From Selaginella moellendorffii (taxonomy: Eukaryota; Plantae; Lycopodiophyta): a stretch of 64,000 nt of DNA. Every line of letters begins with the position of its first letter. Position 1 is the stretch's first letter. This document shows positions 48,909-60,443 of the stretch, piece by piece. Both the position numbers and the translations under genes were made by a program. The notes under the pieces were generated by a model, which did no database searches, had not been told where the DNA came from, and was given only the letters and a program-made list of their open reading frames with translations. Where the stretch lies: NCBI RefSeq assembly GCF_000143415.4, contig NW_003314263.1:4277946-4341945 (forward strand). Reading direction: 5' to 3'.

Positions 48909-49417
48909 GAGAGCCTTTTAAGAGACAACACTCTGACTGTAGGGATTTCAGAACAAACAGACCTGAAAGACGAGATTGTTTTGGCATGGCCCCGAGAAGA
49001 CAAGCGGCTTCACCAAGAACACAAAATTCGCAGGAACTTCAACCATGGAGGATTCCACCTTGCATGCTTGGTTCCAAGCTGCTAGGAATGCCTGAGGCCA
49101 GACAATGTGAGGAAACCGAGAAAGAAGAAGAAGAAAAGCCTGCCGCTTACGTGCGTATCATCGGTGACTCCATCTCCTTTAGCTCCAAAAGAGAGAACGT
49201 CGTAGATGTTGGTGCTGTAGTAGCCATATCCTCCATTGCTTGGCTCAGGTGCTGCTGCTGGACCTCCTCCATCTCCTCCGCTTTTGTGCCCGATTGTTGA
49301 GCTCGATCCTCCTCCTCCTCCTCCTCCTCCAGCATACTTGGAGCGACCACTTGATCTTGCATCGACCACCAGGAACGCCACCACTAGTGTGACAAGCCTC
49401 CAAAGGGCCATTGTCAT
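47553..49417 (-). CDS. Polygalacturonase (GH28)
   Basis: Signal peptide, FGAKGDGVTDDT, SPNTDG, GDDC, CGPGHG, RIKTW, PIVIDQFYC. Confidence 0.94.
48865..48912. repeat. (GA)n microsatellite in a polygalacturonase intron
   Basis: Directly visible; forms the polypyrimidine tract of the acceptor on the minus strand. Confidence 0.9.
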
Positions 49418-52400
49418 TCCTTCTCCCTCTCCCTGTCTGAGAAGGAAAGACAAGCGTATCAGAGAGCTCTGTATTTATACTTACACATCCGCTGGAACAC
49501 AGGCCCGTGACAAGCTGCAGCGCTGTTCACTGTTCCAGTATTTAACGTCGAAACTTGCGGAAGAGAGAAAAAGTATTCTTTTTCTTCTTTCTTTTCTGTG
49601 TTTTTATTCCCTTTCACAAGCAATTCACCTTTGCTCTTCAGTACAACAGTCTGCTTCTCGTCTGTTAGATGTAAGGACCAAGGTTACCATCCCAAAATTT
49701 CCCTAGACAGAAAAATCACCGTCGTCCAAGAGAATGTAAGCTCTACAGTCACGACAATCAATTTCGACCCCAAAACCGTCCTCCAATTTTCATGCTGAGT
49801 AGTAAACTCGAGGTTTAGTGCCACCGTGATTTGCGTTCCATAAATCTCGAGCACGGTGTCACACTCCAATCCCAGGTCAATTTGACTTTGATGGAAACTC
49901 TCTGCCAATCCAGTGCTACAACGATTCTTTTGCCAGAGAGGGGCCCTGCCCAGACCTGTTTCAAGGATTTAAATCAGCTCAACACTCGAAGGAGTTTTCC
50001 AGATGTTTAAATGGGAACGCCGCGAGACTTAAGCGCCCGTTGCCAACCTGAAGCATATCAGGATCCAGAGACCAGCTCTAAAATGTCAATACAAGAGGCA
50101 TTCTGCCAGTATGGAGGATTTATCTGTGTAAAGAGAGACAGAGGTTGTTCACCGTTGGCATCGGCCAAAAGCTTAATTCCCAGAAGAGGAAAAGCTTCAA
50201 ATACCCTTCCCATCTGTCCTCAGGAGTTGGTATATTTTTCCTGCCCACAATGCGCAGGGCATGCCCTGCTTTCAGATACAACCACTGAAATGTACTCACC
50301 ATTTGCAACCAGTGGTTCTCCCTCTTTTATTGAGACATTCTAGCTACAAGCAACTGCGGAACACGGGGGGTCAAGCACACCTGAGTGAAGGACCTCAGGG
50401 TTAGAGAGACACTTGAAAGGACACTTGAACGTAATTTTGGGCTCCTGTGTACTAGCTTGCATTCTCTTGGCTTCTACTATCACCTGCTGACAAAGAGCAA
50501 GATCACTCACTCACATCGAAGTCTTACGCTTCATCGGAGTCGGCTTCTTCCTTTGCCACTTTGCGTTGTCTTCTCACCTGCATTCATCACCTCGACACAA
50601 GTCATTTGTCGTTGATGTCCGGAGATTTCTCGCGGTGCCTGCTCAACCCTAGTATTCTTTTATGGCGGATGGAGGCGAGAGCAAGGTTCTCGGGAGCTGT
50701 GGAAACCATTGGAAGTATGAGAGGGTGGTCCTCTCGTTGAGCACATCCCAGTACTCGTGCCATTGCACGAGGTTTGATGCTCACAAAGCTCTGTTCTAGC
50801 TTTCTCTATGTTGCTTCTTGGCTAGATTCATCTCGTTGCTCGGATTTAAATTTGATGTTGTTACTTCCATACCCTCCATTTCTGACTGACAAGGCTCCGA
50901 TCTGACTGGGTCGTTTAATCTCTGCATCTTGGTGCTGCTTTTGAAGGTTGTCGAAGTCCTTATGGTCCTCTCCTGCAGCAAGGCGGTCTGCTCGGTCGAT
51001 CGTTCTATGTCCAATACATGATCCAAGAAAGAAGAATGAGCGCACACTAGGAAGAGTTTAGACAGAGATAAAGTAGATATAAAGATTATGGATGATCCGA
51101 TTGCGAGCGTACAAAGGCAAATCGAAGCAGTAACGATTCACGGATGAATTGGCCACAATTTGTGCTACTACGTTGAAGAAGTCTGCTAAACCTGTCAAGG
51201 AGAAGAGTTTCTGGTTTCAGCAATTAAGAATGTGCAGCAGAAACAGGATGGAATGAAGCAGCTCTAAGTCTCTACTGAAAGCTCAACAAAACACAAATTG
51301 TGCACGGTTGATTCACATGCATGAATATCATTACAAGGCTGATAAACAGTGCTTCCCTAAGATTGAGGTAAAGTTGCAAGGCAAGATCATGGAGTTTTTT
51401 AAAAGTTGAATGGCAGTAGCTGAGATAAGGCGCAATTTGGCTACTCTGGAGGAGCGCCAATCAGACTCATGTAGCTCAGATCAGCCACAATTATGATGCT
51501 GGACATGCAAATTGAGCAGCTTAAATCTCAGCTTGAGGTTGCCTGAAGGATTCAGATCTCAGAAGCAATATGATGTGTTGGACTGCCAACATGGTCGAAT
51601 GCGTGCTCAATTGAAGATTCAGCCCAAGATGCTAGCTTCTCTCAAGACAGCGCTGCTATACAACAAGTCTGGTAACCCCATCAGCATGCTAGAAGACGAC
51701 ATGGTCGAGAAGGGTACCATTCTGATTCGAGAATGCCCTCTATGAACAATATTGCGGTGGCCAGCTGTACGTGCACATCCCATTTCGGCATGCGAGCTGG
51801 TTGCGGGCCACCTTGAGCAATTGAATGGCTCACAGGACTCGTCTTAGCACACTACAAGTGTTATCACGAAAGCTTCAGGCATGTACTTCGTTTTTACTAA
51901 CTTTAGTAGCATGAAAGCTCTTCACATGGTAGATTGCACTTAGATTTACAAGCTTCAAACCTGTGTGAGGAAGCCAGTCATCTATTTTTTCTCATAGGGA
52001 CTCAGCCATGCAGGCTGATTACCTTTGTTGAGCAGTGTAAGGCACTTGGCCAACCCAACATACGACTTAGTGATGCTATGAAAACCAGAGATTGTTGCCC
52101 TGCTCTTTGTACAGCAAAGAAGTTGCTCAGCCTTACAAGACAGCAACATAGTGATATGAGCATCGTGCATACCCATGCTAGTAAGTGACCATGGTAAGCA
52201 ATCTTGCTTCTGGGCTAACCAATGCAGTGACTTTGCATTATCAATAACTGATAGAGCTGGACTCGTTTGACGCTTGTCAACTCTATTCACCCAACTGTCT
52301 CGCACACAAGCAATGACAAATCAATCAAACAGAGTATTTGCTTCTCACATCCTGGAGTTCTAGATACTTTTTGTGTTGCAGGCGATGCAGCTGCTGCTAA

Positions 52401-54011
52401 TTAAGTTATCTAGAGACAATTTCCAAAAGGCTGAGACATGGAAGGAATCTGCTCAAAAGTTCACAGCATGTCTCAATATTGGATCTTCATTTTCATCAGT
52501 CTCAGTGTGCGACAAGCTTGCAACCACCTCTCAGGTTCAACAACTGTGTGCTTTTGGTACTAATGAGAAAGGTGTTCATGATGGCTAACTTTCAAACGAA
52601 CACAACCTCACAACAAGTTGTGAAGATAGCTGTGAGCCTGCAAGTGCTGGACATTCTGAACAAGCTATGATTGGTAGTTTCATCAAGTGTGGAGATGACG
52701 TTCTGCCATCTTTGTAAATGTCTGGTTGTAATGTGACATTCAATGCTCATATGCTCATATGTATGAGCTTTGAATGTCACATTTGTGTTCTCTTCACAAA
52801 TGGAGCATCCTATTGAGGATCCTCAGTTTCTAGATGACAACACAATAGAGCCACCAATTTCGTCGCCCGATAGCTCTCAGGACCCGGTATTGCCTCCGGA
52901 CACATGCTACTTCGTCATCAGGAAGTCCAGCAGCCAGAGGTTAATACTTTGAGTAGAGCCAAACGAGGAAGAAGTCTCCCAGCGCTTGGACTCAGCTCTG
53001 TTCATCTCGAGTGTCCCCATTGTGTCCTTGCCATGTCCAGCACCAAAAAAGTTATGTTCAAACTGAATCCCTGTGGCTGAATGATATCTCCCAAGAAAAA
53101 GAAGCATCTTATTGTTCCTGACTTGTGATGTTGGTCCATCACTCCAAAGGATATGCCTTTCTGTGGCTAGGTATTATGTTCTAACCCACTCCCAATGCAC
53201 CTGCAAGCAGCATTGTACATTGTGAAAATCATCAGAGATGTAGCAATGAATTTCCTTGCCCATGCCTGCTATGATCATCTGAAAGAAGTGACAGAGAAAT
53301 ATAAGTCACTACTACAAAGAAAGTAACCTGCTTTCATTGAAATGTATATGTACATTCCCTCAATGTCCCATAGGGACTAGTACAAAAATTGGGGAATGCA
53401 ACCCCTCAGAGTGCTATCTACTAGTGTTCCTGTATGCTTGATACTCCTACTCCTGCAACAAAAGAGGTCAAGGTTGTCTGATTGTGTTGGGATCAATATC
53501 TGCCCTCCTGGCCACTTTGAGGATGGTGTTTGGTGGTCACCACCTCCAATGAATCCCGTCAACCCCAGCCATGCCGAAGGATGGAAGCCATCGACTGCCC
53601 CATACATCCAGTCTCTTAGGTTTACCTTTGTCCCTCAAAACAGAATGGTGTAAGTGGACTTCTTAACCACCACCACTTAGACTCTTATTTCCCTCTATAT
53701 TACCTAACATTCATTTTTAATCACCTCCCAAACTGAGGCTCTTAATTCTACCTAGCAGGTTTAAAATTCTTAACACAAATCCCTAAGTCCCAAAGTGGAG
53801 TTGAAGGTGATCTATATAGTAATGGCAAAATGGAAGTTTAATAAGCATAATATGTTTGGACCAAAAACTTTAACTCAAAAAGTTGAGAGTAAAAGTAGAA
53901 CTCCTAAATAAGTGCTTAAGGAATGAGTATAAAATGATCAGTAATCAAGTCTCTACATAGGGATAAAATAATGATAAACACGTGGTAAGTGTTGTGATAC
54001 ATGGAAGTGTC

Positions 54012-54408
54012 AAGACCGATATCAAGTTTGAGTTTGAGTCCAAGTTTGAGTCTAAGATTGGGTTTGAGATCAGGTTTGAGACTGGGTTTGAAACCGAGTT
54101 CGAAACTAGGTTCGAGATCAGATTTGAGACTAAGTCTTAGACTGAGTCCAAGATTGAGTCCAAGATTGAGTTCAAGATTAAGTCCAAGACTGAATCCGAG
54201 TTTGAGTTTGAGACTGGGTCCAAGATCAGGTTTGAGACTAAGTCCAAGATTGATTTAAGATCGAGTTTGAGATCAAGCCCAATATTGAGTCTGAAACCTA
54301 GACCGAGACTAAGTTCGAGTCTGAGTTTGAGTTCGAGTCCGAGTTCGAGTTCGAGTCTAAGTCTAAGTCTAAGTTTGAGTCTAAGACCAAGACTAAGTCT
54401 AAGTTTAA
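54012..54408. repeat. Degenerate 6/12-bp tandem array (GAGTCC/GAGACT/GAGTTT units)
   Basis: ~400 bp of (G/A)AG(T/A)YY hexamers, e.g. GAGTCCAAGATT repeated. Confidence 0.9.
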
Positions 54409-56313
54409 GGGTGAAAGCTCACAGTGATCGTCTCTTAGATTTGTAAATCCCTATGGGATAGTAAGTGGAGGAGTGTGGCTAGGAAAACGAGTGTGATCAA
54501 GAAAGGTTATACCTATATGGTGGGTGATGATATGAACATTAGGGAGCCCAAAACTAGAGTAAACATAAATAGATAAGTAGGGTGACTTGGTGAAGTGTTT
54601 AAGAGCTAGCTTTAACTCCTTTGAGAGATCAAATGGTCAATATTATATGACCAGTCAATAGTAGCTATCCCATAATTAAAGATTTCACTATGCATACAAA
54701 GTGCTGAAGTTAGTTTACATATATTAGCCCAAAGTAGAAGACTAATAGATGGACAATATCAAAGTTATAGATAAAAATCTTTTAAAGATAATGAATCATC
54801 AGAAAGTTAATTAAGTCTTACATTCGAACACAAAAAGATTTTAAATAAATTATCTTTCGATAAACTAGTATAGAATAGAAGCCACCAAGATCATAATAGT
54901 TTGAAGGCATATTTACACCTCAGTAATAAGACATTTTTACTGGTTAAGACTAATAAGGGGTGATTTTGCCATAGATTTTAACCTTATCGAGGAAGATATG
55001 AACACTATATAGAGTTTGGAGTAGAATTCATTCATTTAAGGACCTTCCACATATCCCATTATACATAATTTTTAGTTTTTACAACTTTCTTTCTATTTTG
55101 CAAAAGATAAAGGAGGTGGGAGGTTTATGAGTGCGTTAGATGGTTCCATTAGCATCTTCTCTAGAATAGATCTTCATAACTTCTTGGAGGTCTTAATCCA
55201 AGAACTTGTAGCAAGATTGGAATAATATGTATAAGTTTAGAATTGGTATAATATTTGTGGATGTAGGAAGGGTGCCCATGCTAGACTACCACACATTCCT
55301 GAAGTGAGAACTTATTAGTTTTACTTGTCTTTGACAATTTGTCCCTATTTTTGGTTTTTAATTTTAATGTTAGGATTTTTATAGGCTGGTGTCTAGCCTT
55401 ATGCACAATGATATCACAATTCTAGCTAAAAGCATTAAGCCTTATAGGGTGTGTCTGGGTTTATAGCTTGTTTTTGATGTTCTATATAACCTTAAACTTC
55501 AATGCTTTTATATAAGACAACATTTGGATAAGAAACATGGCATATAGAAGAAGTCTTGATGGAACAAAGGGTTTTGTCAATCTATATCTCTTCCACCTTT
55601 AAACTCACTCTTGAATATGAATTGGCTAGAGCCTGAGGAATCCATATTCAAGATCATATCAAGATTATTTTAAATGCCGGTGATCTATAGCATGTTAGCG
55701 TCTTGTGCACTTTAGATATTATAATTACACCTAGTACTAATTCCTCAATCTTATATATTGGAGATTGGCACTAGTTGTCTGATAATCCAGCTTGGGGCTG
55801 GGTAGTTTTTGAGCTGAGCTCAAATCAATGAAAGTCAACAAAAGTCAAAGGAAGTCAATACAATCCCCTAACTAGCAAAAGTTTAATGGCACTACCTTAG
55901 TTCGTCCCGAACCAAGAATTTTTAACATAAAATCTAGGTGTTTAAGGTATTCCATAAACTCATGTAGATTATTGGTTAGACACGAACTAATCTTTTAGTC
56001 TACAAAGAAAGAAAATGATATATTAAACAACATAGTTTATATTAAAATCAGAATATATTCAATCTTCTTCTATCCATATCCAGAAAAGTAGAAATGGGTA
56101 TAGTGGAATGCTCCTTCACTATAGGCTTATGTTGTATATAATGTTGGCCATACGTTCAACATAAATAGGTAAGTGGAATTGACTTCGGTCCATATGATCA
56201 TCTATATCATCAAGATCAAGCGTGTGGACTAAAACACTATGTGTGATAAGTGTAGACCTAATGACATAGAAACATTTGAGAATGAATATTATAGATTATT
56301 TCAAGCACTAACA

Positions 56314-59300
56314 TCATCTGTCACAAAATCTCCTAAGAATGTCCTCAAAGGCACCCTCCTTCTCAAGTGTAAAAATAGGTCGGCCTATCTCTTTCACTGC
56401 CTGCACCATTGACCCAAATCCTGCTATAGCATCAATCACAATCCCCTTTGGCGGACAAAATAACTCCAACAAGATCTGCATGGCCATGACCGAACGATGT
56501 TGATAACCAGGGAATGCTGGGTGAAGAACGTCTGAGTCAATCACATTTGGGATGATGTTTGTAGAGTTGTCATATCTTGGTAAAGCAAGAGCAGCACACT
56601 CATAAGCTCATGTGGCATTATGCTAGTTCCCAATGTGGCATAGAGTATGGTAGTTCCTGGAATAAACCTGGAAACAAAAATAGAATAGAGTTAATTTGTA
56701 AATAAAGAAGTCACACACCTTTCACTTCTGCCCACTAGTGCTTTTTGTGTCCACTGCCATACTCAAAAGAAGGCAGCCAAATGAAAACTCGACAAATCCA
56801 TCATTGTTGTTAGCCAAGTGTGCAAGAAGGCCTTCCCACATTAGAGAGTAAGGAAGGATCATGACAACCACACCCTCATATGTCATGAAGCTACTCACAA
56901 CTTTTAAGGCTTGGGAAATGTGTTGGGCTTGCAACACATTTCATGATGGAGTATCCCCTTGCGGTGGTGGCATCCCATCAAGAAGATCAAAAAAGATGAA
57001 ATTGATCTTCCCATAATGTGTGAGCTGACTTAGACTATGGATCCACCGATCAAGCATGTAGAGCTCCTGACTATTAGCATCTAAAAGCTGTGTGTAATCC
57101 CCAATGAGAACAACAACTTCCCCAACACTGGCTGTTGGGGATAGAGGGCAAATTTGAAAATCAATTATTAGAACTAAAAGTTGGAGATCAAATTCATGCT
57201 TACTAACCTGTTTATGCATGGTTGAAGAGGAGAACTCTTCCAGGTCATCGTCTGTAGCCATAGGGAGGGATGGGAAGAATGTCTTAGTCTGCTGAGAAGA
57301 CTAATAACTACTCTCTACAACATCTATAAAAAAATAGTGAAGTAAAAAATGAATAAAAGAATGTTCCAAATCAAAGTCCTTACTCTCATGAAAGGCTTTA
57401 CAATGGCTCTTGCAATGAGCAGGTATTGGAATATCTTGTACAGTTTCTTTTGGTTCAACGGTATTTGGATTTGGCATCTCCTGAATCATTTCCTAAGTAT
57501 GGACTTTTGGGTTTAGTTGTTGAACTTCAACAATGTCATTATCACAGTCAGAAAGAGCCTCTGGAAAATAAGAATATAATTCAAGGTTAATATTTCCTAG
57601 CTAAGTGCTGAGTTTCAAGTGAATTTAGATGACATTCAAGGTAGAGATCTAGCTCGAAGTCTGATGTTGGCATCTGCTCCATGAGTTCAAGGTATCACGG
57701 GCATAGCTCCCTCTCATATGTACAAGGACAGTAGAACTTTGGCTCATACATCCTAAGCTTCTTGTCTCTAGTTAGGAGTTTTTGCAAAACACTGGCTGTG
57801 TATACCGGTGTGCCGGGGCAATATTTTAAATATCTACAAAGTAAAACAAAAATATAAATACTAATATATAAATGAGAATTAAGAAAATACTTGTAAACCA
57901 TGCACCTCGCAAGAAATGGTTGTCCTGGATGGTTCTTGAACTCAACCGAACTCGTCCCACCATGTGGAAGCCGACCATTCCCTAGCTCCACAAGACAAGC
58001 ATGAATATATTCTTCGAGAGTGATACCTGTATAGGTGCTGGAAAGAAACTTCTCATCCTAGACTTGTAGCATCTTCTCACCAGCAACAATACTCTGAGAA
58101 ATGTATGCCTTCTCCTTCATCACCTTCTCCATCCTTATCTCGCAATGTTTTTCATCGTTTCGCATCTAAGTGTTGAGAAGTTCCAAGTAAACACTTTGTT
58201 CAGCAAAGGACATTTTACTTTTGGAGATGTTGTAAATAAGTTCCTCCAGTGCTTTACTAGTTCCTACAAACACAAAGAGTTATGAAATGTTTCACAAATT
58301 TTAGAAGAACTTACGAATGGGAGAACAAATCTTGGCAATGCTATCAATCCATTCCTACCCGCGTCGTATGTCTGTAATTGAGAGCAAATTTTTCACCTTT
58401 GTTTTTTTTTTATTCAAAATTCACTGCTCAATTGCATGCCACTCCATCTCCTTCTGCTACTCGTCCCCTCGGGCATTTTTAATGAATGAGGCTCTTTCTC
58501 CTTTGATTATGGGTTGCAAGAAATATTATGTAAGTTGATACACACTTCAATACTAATTTACCTTTGCCCATACAGCAACTAGAATATCAAGTGGCAGCTG
58601 GTACTAAGTCTACAATTCTTGGCCTTTCCTAGCTACTAGCTTCACTTGAATTGCTTCAAATACCTCAAGTGAGACCTCCTCTAGTGAGAGCATGCCGATA
58701 AAGCGAAGGTGCTCAATGTCATGTACCAATGTATGAGCTTGAAACGCAAATTGGTTTAGCCTACAAAAACACGATATTGGCTAAGTTTACAAAAAATAAA
58801 TTCTTACATGTTGATCTTATGGCATGCCATGTTGAGCTTCATAGTATGCTCCCGAGTCATTGGTTCGACAAGTGTGACTGGAACATTAATGTGTCGTTCT
58901 TTGTCATCTTGGACTTCTCTTGAATGCACTTCCAAAATGCTAGCCACCTATGGTTTTTATCAATCACCCAAAAGAGCTTTCTAATGAACCCTACTATCTC
59001 CACATGTTGTCCAAAGAATCCATCAAACTCACGAGACTTTCGCAGCCATATAAGATCCCATTTTTCCTCAAGTTCAGTAGTCACTAACTTTGTCCGGCTG
59101 GTTCCAGGGAAAGTTGGTGAAAAGATGAAGGTACTAGCTATGCTCCCAAACCCGACCTCGGCAAAGGAGTTGTAGATAGCCATGTTGAGGTCAAAAGCTG
59201 AGCACACCCAATGGCTTTGAACCAATTGGCACAAAGGAACTAGAAATCGATGAAGGCTATTCCATGCCATTTCCTGTACTGATTGTCTGTTCTTGAGCTT

Positions 59301-59800
59301 GGATAATCATGCCTCGAACATGATTATTCAAGATGGTGTCAGAATTATGCATGTATAATCCCTCACCACCACTAGCTCCCCTTGCACCACTAGCCTGAGG
59401 AGCAGTAGGAGCAGCTACTATGCCCCCAATAGCCTCTGCAATAGATCCATCTACAATACTACCAATAACTTCCTCAACTAGTTCATCTACCTTGCCGCGA
59501 GTAGCTTTAGCAACTGAAGGCACAACACCCCCACCACCACCAACATCAGACGCAAGTACCCCACCACCAGTAGTTGCAGCCTTAGGAGCACTAATACCAA
59601 TAGCCTCAATAACACCAACATCGATTTGAGTGTCCATTTCAACATCCACGTCGTTGTTATGCTCATCGTTGCCTCCAACATGACTAGCAAAAACTTCATT
59701 GGATACTTGAAATGAATCTCCACTCAATCAGCCAAGGCCACAGCTATCAAGGCGGTTGCCTTTTCCTGGAGACCGAGATCATTAAGGTTGGCCTCGGCAC
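56314..59800 (-). pseudogene. Spliced, degraded gene encoding a ParB/Srx-like domain plus a beta-class N6-adenine/N4-cytosine DNA methyltransferase-like domain
   Basis: FWVIDKNHRWLAF (~58945-58975) resembles ParB-type VIDGNHR. IGDY..INFIFFDLLDG..EGVVVMI (57110-56860) precedes HRSVMAMQILLELFCPPKGIVIDAIAGFGSMVQAVKEIGRPIFTLEKE (56500-56355), matching the N6_N4_Mtase KP..LL..LI....PGD.VLDPFAGSG....A...GR..IG.E pattern. GT-AG introns, stops and frameshifts present. Confidence 0.7.
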
Positions 59801-60013
59801 TTCCTCTAAAATAAAAAGCAAAAATATTATAATATCTAACTTGTAATGGAAAGCAAACCTGTGGCATTTTAAGTTTAAGTCCCTTGTTGGAAGTTCCAGG
59901 AAATCAAGCTTGATTTATATTTGCTCTCACAAGAAAAATTTGTAAGTAAAAGATGTGAAAAATAGAGTGTAAACTACAAGAAATACAAAGGAAAAAAACA
60001 CAAGTCACTGAGA

Positions 60014-60443
60014 GAGGTTGGTTTGTGTGAGAACTGACCTCACCCTACCTCTTGAGAAAAAGGAAAAACACAACAAGAATACGGAAGAGGTCGGTTGGCA
60101 CAAGAATCGACATCTTCCACCCTCTTATTTTCATATGAAATGCCCCATGAAGTCAATGAAATAAAAAAAAACCTTAAAGATGTCAGTTTGCAGAAGAATT
60201 GACATTTCTTTCTCTCTTTGTTTTCTAAAATATAAAGATCTCACCACTAGAAACATGAAAAAACCAGGAAAGCTCACTTCTAGAAAAATTAAAAGTGGGG
60301 CAATGTTGATTCACGCGTGAACCGATCTTTCCCACCCCTTCAGTAAGGAAAAAAAAAAAAAATCGAGGCAAAGATGGGCAAAAAACCAAATAGAAAATGA
60401 AATAGAATGCTCGGAGATGTCGGTTCACTTAAGGACTGACATC
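60014..60443. repeat. Five dispersed palindromes, consensus GATGTCGGTT-N8-AACYGACATC
   Basis: Copies at 60014-60041, 60087-60114, 60179-60206, 60302-60329 and 60416-60443, each followed by a pyrimidine-rich tail. Confidence 0.8.

Noticed and set aside
53307-53323. CACTACTACAAAGAAAG as a CACTA left terminus for the MTase element
   Set aside because: No matching right TIR and no 3-bp TSD at any TAGTG checked between 60.5 and 62.7 kb; it also reads as part of a coding-like frame.
54001-54258. SLRLSPRL-repeat ORF, and ORFs across the microsatellites at 13.6 and 48.9 kb
   Set aside because: Translation artefacts of simple repeats.
60014-60443. CRISPR array interpretation of the palindromes
   Set aside because: Eukaryotic context, irregular spacing, degenerate repeats and no cas genes.
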